The translations under genes were made by a program, and so were the position numbers. A model generated the notes under the pieces. That model was not told the origin of the DNA. It saw only the letters and a program-made list of their open reading frames with translations, and searched no databases. A stretch of 64,000 nt of DNA from a virus. Its lineage: Duplodnaviria > Caudoviricetes. Where the stretch lies: positions 10,927 to 74,926 of IMG/VR virus record IMGVR_UViG_3300010357_001370. The stretch is one strand, 5' to 3'. Of this stretch, positions 27,646 to 36,408 are shown in pieces (within the stretch, counting starts at the first letter, position 1; every line of letters starts with the position of its first letter).

Positions 27646-28673
27646 TATTTGTCTCCTTTAATGGAGTGCTTTTTAACTGGCTTCGATGTCAAATTGCGAA
27701 CATCATACTCAGATACGTGATCCATATAGTGATGAATCTCTTCAAGTGTCATCTCATCGAAGTCTCGTGTAGTCGGACAAAGAGCTAAAGTTAGCAAGTT
27801 GTCCTGATTCTCATAATGATCCTTGATAAACTTGAGCCCTTCGAGCCCACCTCGATCCTGATCGAACAGTACATGAAGCTTTTTGTCTTTTAGAATGCGA
27901 GTATGATACGGACTGAGGCGCACCATCGAAGGGCTGATTACGTTCTTGTACCCTGCGCGAAGTAGAGCCATAGCATCTGTGACGCCCTCTACCATAATCA
28001 ACTCATCATTCTCTTCTACTGTTTTGAAATTGAATAGATAGGACCAGGAGAATGGATTGTAGAACTTGTACATGTTCTTAAGAGACTTCTCATTCTTTTT
28101 ATAGTGTAGGATTCGGAAAACGATTCCTCGGCACACACCGTTAGAATCGAACGATGGACAGCTAACTGCATGCCCGCTTCCATAGAGACGTTCCGCAGTC
28201 CTAATCTGGTCATACATAGAATGAAAAGCCTGTTGGACATAGATTGGATTATACTTCTTTGCTAATTGAGGAAAGAAATAGAAATCATTTTCGAACAGAA
28301 AGTCAGAAACGTACTCCCCAGGAGCCGAGATCGGCGGAAGCCAGAGACTGTTATCTCCGAGTTGATATTCTACAATTTGAGCATCTGTAATGCCGCGGCT
28401 ATACCAAAACTCTCTACCCGTTTTAGACATCATAAGATGTAGGTGATGCGCGATGTCCGTAAAAATAGCATTGAGCTCAGCCTGTACTCCATCAGGGTTA
28501 GCTACCAGAGGCTCTCCGACTAGTTCAAGAATCTTATTTCTGAATTCTATGTCGAAGAGCTGGTTTAGGTGTTCTAAGAAGATCTTAGGATCTACTTTAT
28601 ACATTTTCTCTAGGAGGCTTTTCTCCTCCACTCCGATGTATGTAAAGTAAATCAGATCATTCAAAATATTCAT
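27645..28673 (-). CDS. DnaG-like primase/TOPRIM protein lacking an N-terminal Zn-binding domain
   Basis: WYSRGI, GIVFR, MVEGVTDAMALLRAGYKNV, LFDQDRGG and DFDE motifs. Confidence 0.75.
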   Translation of the reverse strand: MNILNDLIYFTYIGVEEKSLLEKMYKVDPKIFLEHLNQLFDIEFRNKILELVGEPLVANPDGVQAELNAIFTDIAHHLHLMMSKTGREFWYSRGITDAQIVEYQLGDNSLWLPPISAPGEYVSDFLFENDFYFFPQLAKKYNPIYVQQAFHSMYDQIRTAERLYGSGHAVSCPSFDSNGVCRGIVFRILHYKKNEKSLKNMYKFYNPFSWSYLFNFKTVEENDELIMVEGVTDAMALLRAGYKNVISPSMVRLSPYHTRILKDKKLHVLFDQDRGGLEGLKFIKDHYENQDNLLTLALCPTTRDFDEMTLEEIHHYMDHVSEYDVRNLTSKPVKKHSIKGDK

Positions 28674-28691
28674 TTTACGTCCTTTTCCATT

Positions 28692-30728
28692 TTATGCGCG
28701 ATTGCGAAGGAACTCTCGAACTTCCTTCTTTACGAACGGCGTGATATCCTCTTCAGCGTCCATTATTTCTTTTGCTTCCTCTACGTTGATACAAGTAGAT
28801 ATAGCACCAGATACTTCTCCATCTTCAGCTAATTCGTCGGAGTCATATCCAATCTGAATAACTTCTTCAAGAAGATATTCGAGAACATCCTCGTCAATAC
28901 CACCCTTAGCAATGCTGCCATTATAGAAGATATTACTAAAAAGGGATATAGCAGGACCGCCAGTCGGGCCCCAACCATCTCTGGTACGCAGCAGCTTTCG
29001 AACATCCTCTCGAGTAATCTTCTTATGCGGAGAACCGACAGCGTCCGGAAACCTTTCAGGATCTGGGTCCTTACCACACCACCAAGCTTCGAAAGCTCCG
29101 CTTCCATACGGGATAAGAGTCATTGCCCGGGTATTGATTTCATTAAATTCTTCATCAAATATCTGTAAAGCGGTTACGTAATTTGGAGCTTTAAGAATTT
29201 CTAGTACAGCCGGAGGAGCTGCTGGCTCTGGATAGTTGCTAACATCTCCCTGCTCTTCTTCTTCATTATCTTCAATTCCGATATTCTTAGCTGGGCTGTC
29301 TGTACTGATATACCCAGACACCGGGTTCGTGTAGTACGGCTTCTCCGTAATATACCCCGATTCCGGATCTATGTCGATATCTGATTCTTCGAATCGATAT
29401 TCTCGAAGAGCAGTTTCAATAAGATATGCCTGAGCTTTCTTATTACCACCTCTAGCAGCTTCGAGGAGCTCGTCCTCTCCATCCTCAGAGAAAAACTCTT
29501 CAAGGGCCTTTTGGATGATACCGTTAGCATCAATACCTTCTAGACTGCCTGAGCGATTTTTACGAGTTTGAGGAATACCAGCTTCAACAAGATCCTGATT
29601 ATCTTCTCCGTTTGGATCGGCCCCCGATACAGCCCAGCGAACTAGGGCTTCAAATGCATCAGCATCAAAGCCTCTTGAAATACTTCCATTATAGAATACA
29701 TTGAAGAATAGACTGCTAAGACTGTCCGGGTCTGTTTCCTCAAGAGTGCGGATATCCTGTAATGTAATTCTACGCTGCGGAGACGGAACTAGAATATCTG
29801 GGTCCTGCGAGGAGCCCGTCCACCAACTTTCAAATGCTCCGTTTCCAGTAGGAACGTAAATCTCATCAGTCTCTTCATCCCAGAGCTCTCTGTTTTCATA
29901 CGCAGCGTCGAGTCTCTTCAAAGCTTCTACGTAACTAGCAGCTCCACCGATTCCCCCAGCTACCTTATTTAGAAATTGAGGCTCCTCGAAGCTAGAAACA
30001 TCACCTTCAGTTTCCTCTTCATCCTTGAGGTTTGCTTCGTGCCATCTCTTTCTCTTTTCCTGAGGCTGGAAAGTCTCTAGCTCACGACGCTTGTTCTTTT
30101 GGGATAGCTCGGCCCACTTTTGTTTAATACCTTCTATACCCTGAGCGACCATTCTGCCAGGAGGAAGTTGTCGATCTCCGTTCATCGACCCATCAAGTAT
30201 CTCACTAAGGTATTCTCCGTAATCGAGGTTGCGAAATGCTACAGCCTGTCTAACAATTTCTTCCAGAGCATCTTCGGTTAAACCGGTATCGATGCTGTGG
30301 TTATAGAACATGTTAGATAGGAAGCTGAAGACTTCTTCGGGTTCATCCTTAGCAAGGTTCTTAATATCCTGGCCTGTAATCTGCTTGTGCGGACTAGGAA
30401 AGGCATCATCAATATGTCTACCGTACCCAGAAGAGCCCGTCCACCACCCTTCAAAAGCGCCAGCGCCAAAAGGAATACCGCCGTCGACGATAACTTCCGG
30501 GTCTGAGTTGTACATGTCCTTGAAGATCTTCCAAGCGTCGTAGTAACTTGATTGGTTTGTAAGTAGTTGGGAGAACTTAGCTCGGCTAGGCTCCTCGAAT
30601 TTAGAAGACATGTCGAAGCCCTCAGCCTCGGGCTCCTCTTCTATCATATCTTCAACTACCGGGTCCTCTTTGATATACCCAGAAACCGGGTCTATTTCAT
30701 TAGCTTCTCGCCACGTCTTTGGCTCCAT
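28692..30728 (-). CDS. Acidic protein with three copies of a GAFExWW/FYNxSI domain
   Basis: Three internal repeats, each after an acidic GD(V/M)SS-like linker. Confidence 0.7.
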   Translation of the reverse strand: MEPKTWREANEIDPVSGYIKEDPVVEDMIEEEPEAEGFDMSSKFEEPSRAKFSQLLTNQSSYYDAWKIFKDMYNSDPEVIVDGGIPFGAGAFEGWWTGSSGYGRHIDDAFPSPHKQITGQDIKNLAKDEPEEVFSFLSNMFYNHSIDTGLTEDALEEIVRQAVAFRNLDYGEYLSEILDGSMNGDRQLPPGRMVAQGIEGIKQKWAELSQKNKRRELETFQPQEKRKRWHEANLKDEEETEGDVSSFEEPQFLNKVAGGIGGAASYVEALKRLDAAYENRELWDEETDEIYVPTGNGAFESWWTGSSQDPDILVPSPQRRITLQDIRTLEETDPDSLSSLFFNVFYNGSISRGFDADAFEALVRWAVSGADPNGEDNQDLVEAGIPQTRKNRSGSLEGIDANGIIQKALEEFFSEDGEDELLEAARGGNKKAQAYLIETALREYRFEESDIDIDPESGYITEKPYYTNPVSGYISTDSPAKNIGIEDNEEEEQGDVSNYPEPAAPPAVLEILKAPNYVTALQIFDEEFNEINTRAMTLIPYGSGAFEAWWCGKDPDPERFPDAVGSPHKKITREDVRKLLRTRDGWGPTGGPAISLFSNIFYNGSIAKGGIDEDVLEYLLEEVIQIGYDSDELAEDGEVSGAISTCINVEEAKEIMDAEEDITPFVKKEVREFLRNRA

Positions 30729-30730
30729 TG

Positions 30731-32473
30731 TTATACTCTCCTTCTATGAGACTTTACATCTGCTATAGCTTTCTTAATTAGGGCTTCCTGCTTAGCAGGG
30801 TCTTCAGCTATGCTCGCGACAATCTTACGTTCTTTAACTGCTTGTGGAGTATTATTTTGAGAAAGGATTAGATCTTTAACATCCTGGCTCATCTGGGCTG
30901 CAAAGGGGCCATCTAGAAAGTCTACCATGTCCTTTTGGAATCCTAGTAATCTACGAATTGATGGTTTCTTTTCCGGGCTGCGCATGATTGCTTTACAGAT
31001 AGCTTCCATTATAGTAGGGTCTAGCTCGCTTAGAGAGTGATTGTAAAATATGTTTGAGAATAATCCGAAGATCTCAAATGGTTCCTCTTTTTCTAGCTTC
31101 TCGATATCTTGAACCGTAATTTGTCCAAACGGAGATGGCCATTCATTAGCTCCCTGATCGTCTAAACCTAGCCACCAGCGTTCAAATTGCCCGTATCCGC
31201 TAGGTATAACAGGAGCATATGTATCCTGATCCGGATCAAGAGAGTTATTGATTTCCATAAGCTCTTCAAACTTGTCATCAAAAAGCTTCCAGGCATCAAA
31301 ATATGTAGGGCTCGATGCTATCTGCTCAGGCAGGATAGTTCTGCTCGGGCGATCAAACGACTCGACGTTACCCGTATCCTCTTCTTCGTCTACGCTCTCG
31401 TGAATACGTTTAAGTATGTAGTTTTTTGGATAATCAGGATGAGGAACTAAGGCCTCTACATTAAGAAGAGTATTGAAAATCTCTTCGCCCTTAGCTTGCG
31501 GAAGTTGTCTGATCTCTCCGGTTTGCGTATTGATAAGGTTGATAACGGTGACTAGATCACCATAACGACGCACTTGATCAGGCTCTAATAACCATCCGGG
31601 TTCTCGTAAAACGTCAATTACATCTCGAAATAGTGCAGGAAGTTTTGCAGGTAATAAATTGAGCGGAAATGGCTTGAGTGCTCTTACCTTACGCATATCT
31701 GATACAGGCTCGTCTTCTTCATTCACGGCTTCCGAAATATTCTCCTTCTTAAGACGATATGAATAACCTTGTAATCGCGAGCTTTCTCCTTGATTCCATT
31801 TGAGTACTTTGATCTCGTCATTAAGGTACCGGAATAAACGAGCTGGACGCTTAGTAATTTTTTCCTTAGAGGTACAGAGCCCGCTTCGTGTACACGTCTT
31901 AAGTACCAAGTAATCTACTGTCCAGTTACCTTCAGAACGCCAATAAACGATAAGTTCATTACTAGGTTCACGGAGAATATCTAATACATGGAGAAGCTGT
32001 TGTCGAAGTTCTGGATCTAGGTTTGGAGAGACTCTATTGAACGGGTACGGCTGGAGATCGGGTGGAATCTCAGACGGGCCTTCTTCCTCATCTGTACTTT
32101 CTTGAATCGGTTTTTTGGCTAACTCGTATGTCTCTGCGTACTCATCCCAGTGTAAAAGGTGAGCATCGGTCAAGAAGTTCATAATCTCATTAGCACCCTG
32201 CCAATCGGAGACTCTGAGAATCGCGCTATCGGGTTCGATATCGATACTAGCCACATCGTAGTAAACGAGTTTGCCCTTAGGTGCATACGGGGAGAGCACT
32301 CCGGCTCCACGAGCTAGAATATCTAACGTGCGCATAAGGAGCTTTCGGAGTTCCGGATACCGAGGTTCATCACGACCAAAGGTTTCCGGAACTCGATTAT
32401 ACGGATATGGAACGAGATCAAAAGGTACCTCGCTCGATACCTCCTCGTCCTCCATATCGTCCAATTGCTTCAT
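30731..32473 (-). CDS. Modular protein: three PYPxNxxP...LDILR domains plus one GxFExWW/FYNxS domain
   Basis: Internal repeats separated by IxES/IxEA plus acidic linkers; start taken at ATG 32473 (RBS GGAG). Confidence 0.7.
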   Translation of the reverse strand: MKQLDDMEDEEVSSEVPFDLVPYPYNRVPETFGRDEPRYPELRKLLMRTLDILARGAGVLSPYAPKGKLVYYDVASIDIEPDSAILRVSDWQGANEIMNFLTDAHLLHWDEYAETYELAKKPIQESTDEEEGPSEIPPDLQPYPFNRVSPNLDPELRQQLLHVLDILREPSNELIVYWRSEGNWTVDYLVLKTCTRSGLCTSKEKITKRPARLFRYLNDEIKVLKWNQGESSRLQGYSYRLKKENISEAVNEEDEPVSDMRKVRALKPFPLNLLPAKLPALFRDVIDVLREPGWLLEPDQVRRYGDLVTVINLINTQTGEIRQLPQAKGEEIFNTLLNVEALVPHPDYPKNYILKRIHESVDEEEDTGNVESFDRPSRTILPEQIASSPTYFDAWKLFDDKFEELMEINNSLDPDQDTYAPVIPSGYGQFERWWLGLDDQGANEWPSPFGQITVQDIEKLEKEEPFEIFGLFSNIFYNHSLSELDPTIMEAICKAIMRSPEKKPSIRRLLGFQKDMVDFLDGPFAAQMSQDVKDLILSQNNTPQAVKERKIVASIAEDPAKQEALIKKAIADVKSHRRRV

Positions 32474-32669
32474 GTCTCCCCCGAGTATCAATCTATTGAC
32501 TAATTAGTCGCATAGTACGCCATCCTTCAATATACCGAAAGTGTTTGTAGAGACTAACCTTTCTACAGTTCCCCACATCCTCAGTAACTGAGGTTCTTAG
32601 GCGGTATATAAAAACATCTTTATCATAAAAATAAGAAGAATAGGCGCACCAAGATTAAGAGGAGATTCG

Positions 32670-33086
32670 ATGACGTCTGCTGAGCATACCAAGTTTCGTT
32701 CTACTAAGATTTGGAAAGAGTTTCGAAAAAGTATTATACAAACCCGAGGAGCAATTTGTGAATGCTGTGGAACAAGGTATTCCGGAAAGAGAACCAAGCA
32801 GCTTCAAATACATCATAAAGATCCGGTCAATTATACAGATTTGAACCCTGAGAAGTTCGTTATTTTAGATTCCAGTTGCCATGATCTTATTGAAAGAATG
32901 TCCACTAAATTAAAGGGTTCGCGGTCAGGGGATATCCCCCACTTGGAGAATTGGATTAGACTTCTCTATACTTTTCTACCGTATGAAACTCAAAGGATAG
33001 TGGTTGAGAAATATGATGATTATCTATCAAGCAAGATGCCTGACGAGTGGAAAGATTTATGTAGGACAAACGAAAACGAGCCTTGA
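32670..33086 (+). CDS. HNH endonuclease-like protein
   Basis: CECCG...LQIHHKDP...CHDLIE. Confidence 0.7.
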   Translation: MTSAEHTKFRSTKIWKEFRKSIIQTRGAICECCGTRYSGKRTKQLQIHHKDPVNYTDLNPEKFVILDSSCHDLIERMSTKLKGSRSGDIPHLENWIRLLYTFLPYETQRIVVEKYDDYLSSKMPDEWKDLCRTNENEP

Positions 33087-33804
33087 AGAACGTAGGTGCA
33101 GGCACGAATATAATGCATTTTCAAAGAATATGCAAACCTACTTTTATAGAGCGTTAAGAAAGTATGGAAAAGATGATTTCGAATGGTCTATAATTTATGA
33201 GGCAAGCGAATTAGAGGATTTAGATGTACTCGAAATTCAATTTATAGAGAGTCTAAATACGCTTGTACCTAATGGATATAATCTTACGAAGGGCGGCGAC
33301 GGTGGAGACACTTTTTCTAGACTTTCTTCTGAAGAACAAGATCAAAAACGAAGGAAAATGAGTTTAGCTAGTACAGGACGTCGCGCTATTACTACGTTAG
33401 GTAGACAAAGATTAAGAGAGAATATGTTAAAAAATAATCCGATGAAGAGAGAAGAGGTTCGAAGAAAGGTAAGTGAACATCATGCTGATGTATCTGGAGA
33501 AAATAATCCCATGTATGGAAAAACACATACGGATGAAGTAAAAAAGAAGCTTTCGATTTTAGCAACCGGAAGAGTACCATCAGATGATGTTCGAGCGCTT
33601 TGGTCTCGACAACGCTCAGGAGCAGGTAATCCAAAAGCACATCCAATTCGATGTGTAGAGACGGGAGAAGTATTTTCTCACATCAAAGAAGCTCTTTCGA
33701 GGTATGGGCAAATTAGTATTTCAAGAGCAATACGAGAAAAGAAAACTGCTGGTGGTTATCACTGGGAGAGAATCACAAAAGAAGAATACGAGAGTATACT
33801 ATAA
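33013..33804 (+). CDS. GIY-YIG homing endonuclease with NUMOD3 repeats
   Basis: IYQARCLTSGKIYVGQT, NGYNLTKGGDGG, NPMYGKTHTDEVKKKLS and IRCVETGEVF. Confidence 0.88.
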   Translation: MMIIYQARCLTSGKIYVGQTKTSLEERRCRHEYNAFSKNMQTYFYRALRKYGKDDFEWSIIYEASELEDLDVLEIQFIESLNTLVPNGYNLTKGGDGGDTFSRLSSEEQDQKRRKMSLASTGRRAITTLGRQRLRENMLKNNPMKREEVRRKVSEHHADVSGENNPMYGKTHTDEVKKKLSILATGRVPSDDVRALWSRQRSGAGNPKAHPIRCVETGEVFSHIKEALSRYGQISISRAIREKKTAGGYHWERITKEEYESIL

Positions 33805-33816
33805 TAGGAGTAAATT

Positions 33817-34047
33817 ATGCATGCAGACTATAAATGTGAATGCGGAGAGCTGCTTGAAGTTACGTTCTCTATAAAGGATGGGCCGCCGAAGGAAGTTAAT
33901 TGTCCAAAGTGCAAGAAAGCCATGCAGCGCGAGTGGAAGTCTGCAATTCATATTCCTCTAGACTTCGCGGACGATCTCACTACGAGCATTAGTCAGCGCA
34001 TGTTTCATGCAAAGCGCCCTACAGGAAAAGACAAGGTCTACTACTAA
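33817..34047 (+). CDS. FmdB-like zinc-ribbon protein
   Basis: YKCECG...CPKC. Confidence 0.7.
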   Translation: MHADYKCECGELLEVTFSIKDGPPKEVNCPKCKKAMQREWKSAIHIPLDFADDLTTSISQRMFHAKRPTGKDKVYY

Positions 34048-34050
34048 CTA
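34043..34050 (+). promoter_or_regulatory. Candidate late-promoter motif ACTAACTA upstream of the portal gene
   Basis: 21 bp upstream of the ATG; overlaps the upstream stop codon. Confidence 0.4.
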
Positions 34051-34071
34051 AGGTAAGAAGGTGCCTGAATA

Positions 34072-36408
34072 ATGGATTCAACACGACTGCGCGAAGGCGT
34101 AACTACATATCTAAGCTCTGCCTTTCCTCAATCTCAGATAGCGCGACAAGGCTTTATGGGTCGTCTATCGTCTCTTTGGGGATGGAGAGCTAGCTCTGCT
34201 CAAGATTCTCAGACAAAGTTATCAAAGAAGGCCGGCGTTCAGTTTGTTCGTGTTGATCCGAACAATAAGTCAATGCGGGAGCTTGATGCCAAACTAGGAG
34301 CGCTTTTCCAGAACGTTCCTCTTTCCGACCGACTTGAAAAGCTCTTCGAAGCATGGCTTCGCGATAGTACGAATGGATACGATGATCTTCGAGATCGTCA
34401 GAAGCGTATTAACGAGCTCAACTTCATGTACTATAATGATCCGTTTATTAGCCGCGTCGTTCAGCTTGTAGCTGATGAAGCCACGCAGCTCGATGTTCAG
34501 GATCGTCTCCTTTCCGTAGAGAGCCCTGACCCGCGAATGGCTGAGCGAATCTATCAGCTCCTCGATATGTGGGGCATCAATCAGCAGCGCATCCATGGCA
34601 TGTGCTTCGATTTGGAGCTTTGCGGTGAAGGTTTCTGGGCTAATAAGATTACAGCGAACGGCGTTGAGAAGATCATTCCTCTTCAGGTAGGGCAGATCCT
34701 CGAACGCCTTGAGTTCAATCCTACAAAGGTAGCTGAGGAGATCAGAGCACGCCAGGGATCGATCATGACAATGATCAATCGCGATGCTAAGCTCCAGATG
34801 CTCTTACAGTCCTTCGAAGAGCTGCAGGTCACAGAAAACTTCGCAGAGATGTTCGAGACAAAGCTTTTTGGTTACGTTATCGATAACGAAACAGTTGTCC
34901 CGCCGTGGACGGTTACGCACTTCCGTCTAAATGCCGATCACTCAGAATTTTATCCATATGGACGCCCGCACCTCCTAGCAGCCCTAGCACCATTCAAGCA
35001 AGCTGCTTCGACAATGACGCTCCAGTCTCTTGCACGTATCCTCTCCTTCCCCGTAACGCTCTATAAGGTTAAGACGGCACAGGGAATGGATACTGCAATG
35101 GTCTGGGACCACGTCAACAGCGTTCGAGAGCAGTATGACAACATCGGTGTTAATCCCGTTGCCGGTCAGTCTGAGGTCTACTCAGTTAACACCAAGATTT
35201 GGATTCCAGATGGTCTACTCGAAGTAGATGTCAAGGAGTCTAAGGCCGATATCGACTTCGTAGGCGACCTCGAAATGTACATCGATCGTATCTGTATCGC
35301 GTCTGGTGTACCGAAAGGTTATCTCGTCCAGGAGTGGGGCGGGTTTGGTGCTAGCGCAGTTTCCTTAACTGAGCAGTTCAAGCCGTTCGCTCGCCACGTC
35401 TATACCATTCAGGCTTCCTTCCTCGAAGGTCTAGCTGATTTGATTCGCCTACACTTCGTTATTACTGGTGAGTTTGATTACACTACACCGTTTACACTCT
35501 CTATGCGCTTCCCGGCCGAAGAAATGTCCGAAGATAAGCGCAATGCTCGTCAAGGATCTATAGATCTCGCTAAAGATGTCATGGAGCTTATCGGTACTGC
35601 AATGGGTGTAAGTGATGAAGAGCCTCTACCGCCAGATGTCGTTAAGGATATCATGGCCAAATACACCTTCCTTGATCCTACTGACGTCCTTAAGTGGACA
35701 AAGCAAGTAGGTGATCAGGTTCTTATTGCTAAGTCCCGCAGCGGGGACGACGACGAAGAAGGCGGAGGTGGTTCTTCCAGCGGAGGCGGCTCCAGTGGCG
35801 GCGGCGGAGGCCTCGATGAGCTAGAAGATATGCTCGGCACCGAAGGTGGCGAGGATATCGGCGGAGGCGATGAAGGTGGTGGGGAAACTACAGAAGAGAG
35901 TATGCGCCGTTCCCGCCGATTCGCCTTGAACAGAATTCGAGAAGCTCGCTTTAAGGAACTTCGAATGCGCTACCGGGAAGTAAAGGATGATCTATACTTT
36001 AAGATACTCCGACAGAACAATATTACAGAGTTTACGCGTAACAAGCGCCACGTTATGCTAGCTAAAAATATTCATTATTCTCAGGAACCGATGTTTGAGA
36101 CGCTGAATGCTTGGAGAGAGTATCAGAAGACGGGCAAGGGTCCTGCTAAGATGAAGACACTTCACGAAACGCTAGTAGCTATGAAATTAGAAGATGCTAC
36201 GCCGAACGCCGGAGATATGAAGTTTGAAAATATCAAGGCAGACATGTCCAAGGAGCGCGCACATCTCGAAGAAGACGTTCCGGGCCCGAGGAATGAGAGT
36301 TGGACCGAACATCTAACAGAAGATCTCAGCGACGGGTTTAATGACGTTGAGTCTCAGGAGGCCGCAGTAGATGATAGCGGGGATTTAGTACAAGAAGGGG
36401 ATAGATAA
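34072..36408 (+). CDS. Portal protein, T4 gp20-like, with a Gly/acidic linker and C-terminal extension
   Basis: ELNFMYYNDPFISRVVQLVADEA, HFR, YGRPHL, FKQ, ASGVPK and QFKPFARHVYTIQ; head-module context. Confidence 0.8.
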   Translation: MDSTRLREGVTTYLSSAFPQSQIARQGFMGRLSSLWGWRASSAQDSQTKLSKKAGVQFVRVDPNNKSMRELDAKLGALFQNVPLSDRLEKLFEAWLRDSTNGYDDLRDRQKRINELNFMYYNDPFISRVVQLVADEATQLDVQDRLLSVESPDPRMAERIYQLLDMWGINQQRIHGMCFDLELCGEGFWANKITANGVEKIIPLQVGQILERLEFNPTKVAEEIRARQGSIMTMINRDAKLQMLLQSFEELQVTENFAEMFETKLFGYVIDNETVVPPWTVTHFRLNADHSEFYPYGRPHLLAALAPFKQAASTMTLQSLARILSFPVTLYKVKTAQGMDTAMVWDHVNSVREQYDNIGVNPVAGQSEVYSVNTKIWIPDGLLEVDVKESKADIDFVGDLEMYIDRICIASGVPKGYLVQEWGGFGASAVSLTEQFKPFARHVYTIQASFLEGLADLIRLHFVITGEFDYTTPFTLSMRFPAEEMSEDKRNARQGSIDLAKDVMELIGTAMGVSDEEPLPPDVVKDIMAKYTFLDPTDVLKWTKQVGDQVLIAKSRSGDDDEEGGGGSSSGGGSSGGGGGLDELEDMLGTEGGEDIGGGDEGGGETTEESMRRSRRFALNRIREARFKELRMRYREVKDDLYFKILRQNNITEFTRNKRHVMLAKNIHYSQEPMFETLNAWREYQKTGKGPAKMKTLHETLVAMKLEDATPNAGDMKFENIKADMSKERAHLEEDVPGPRNESWTEHLTEDLSDGFNDVESQEAAVDDSGDLVQEGDR

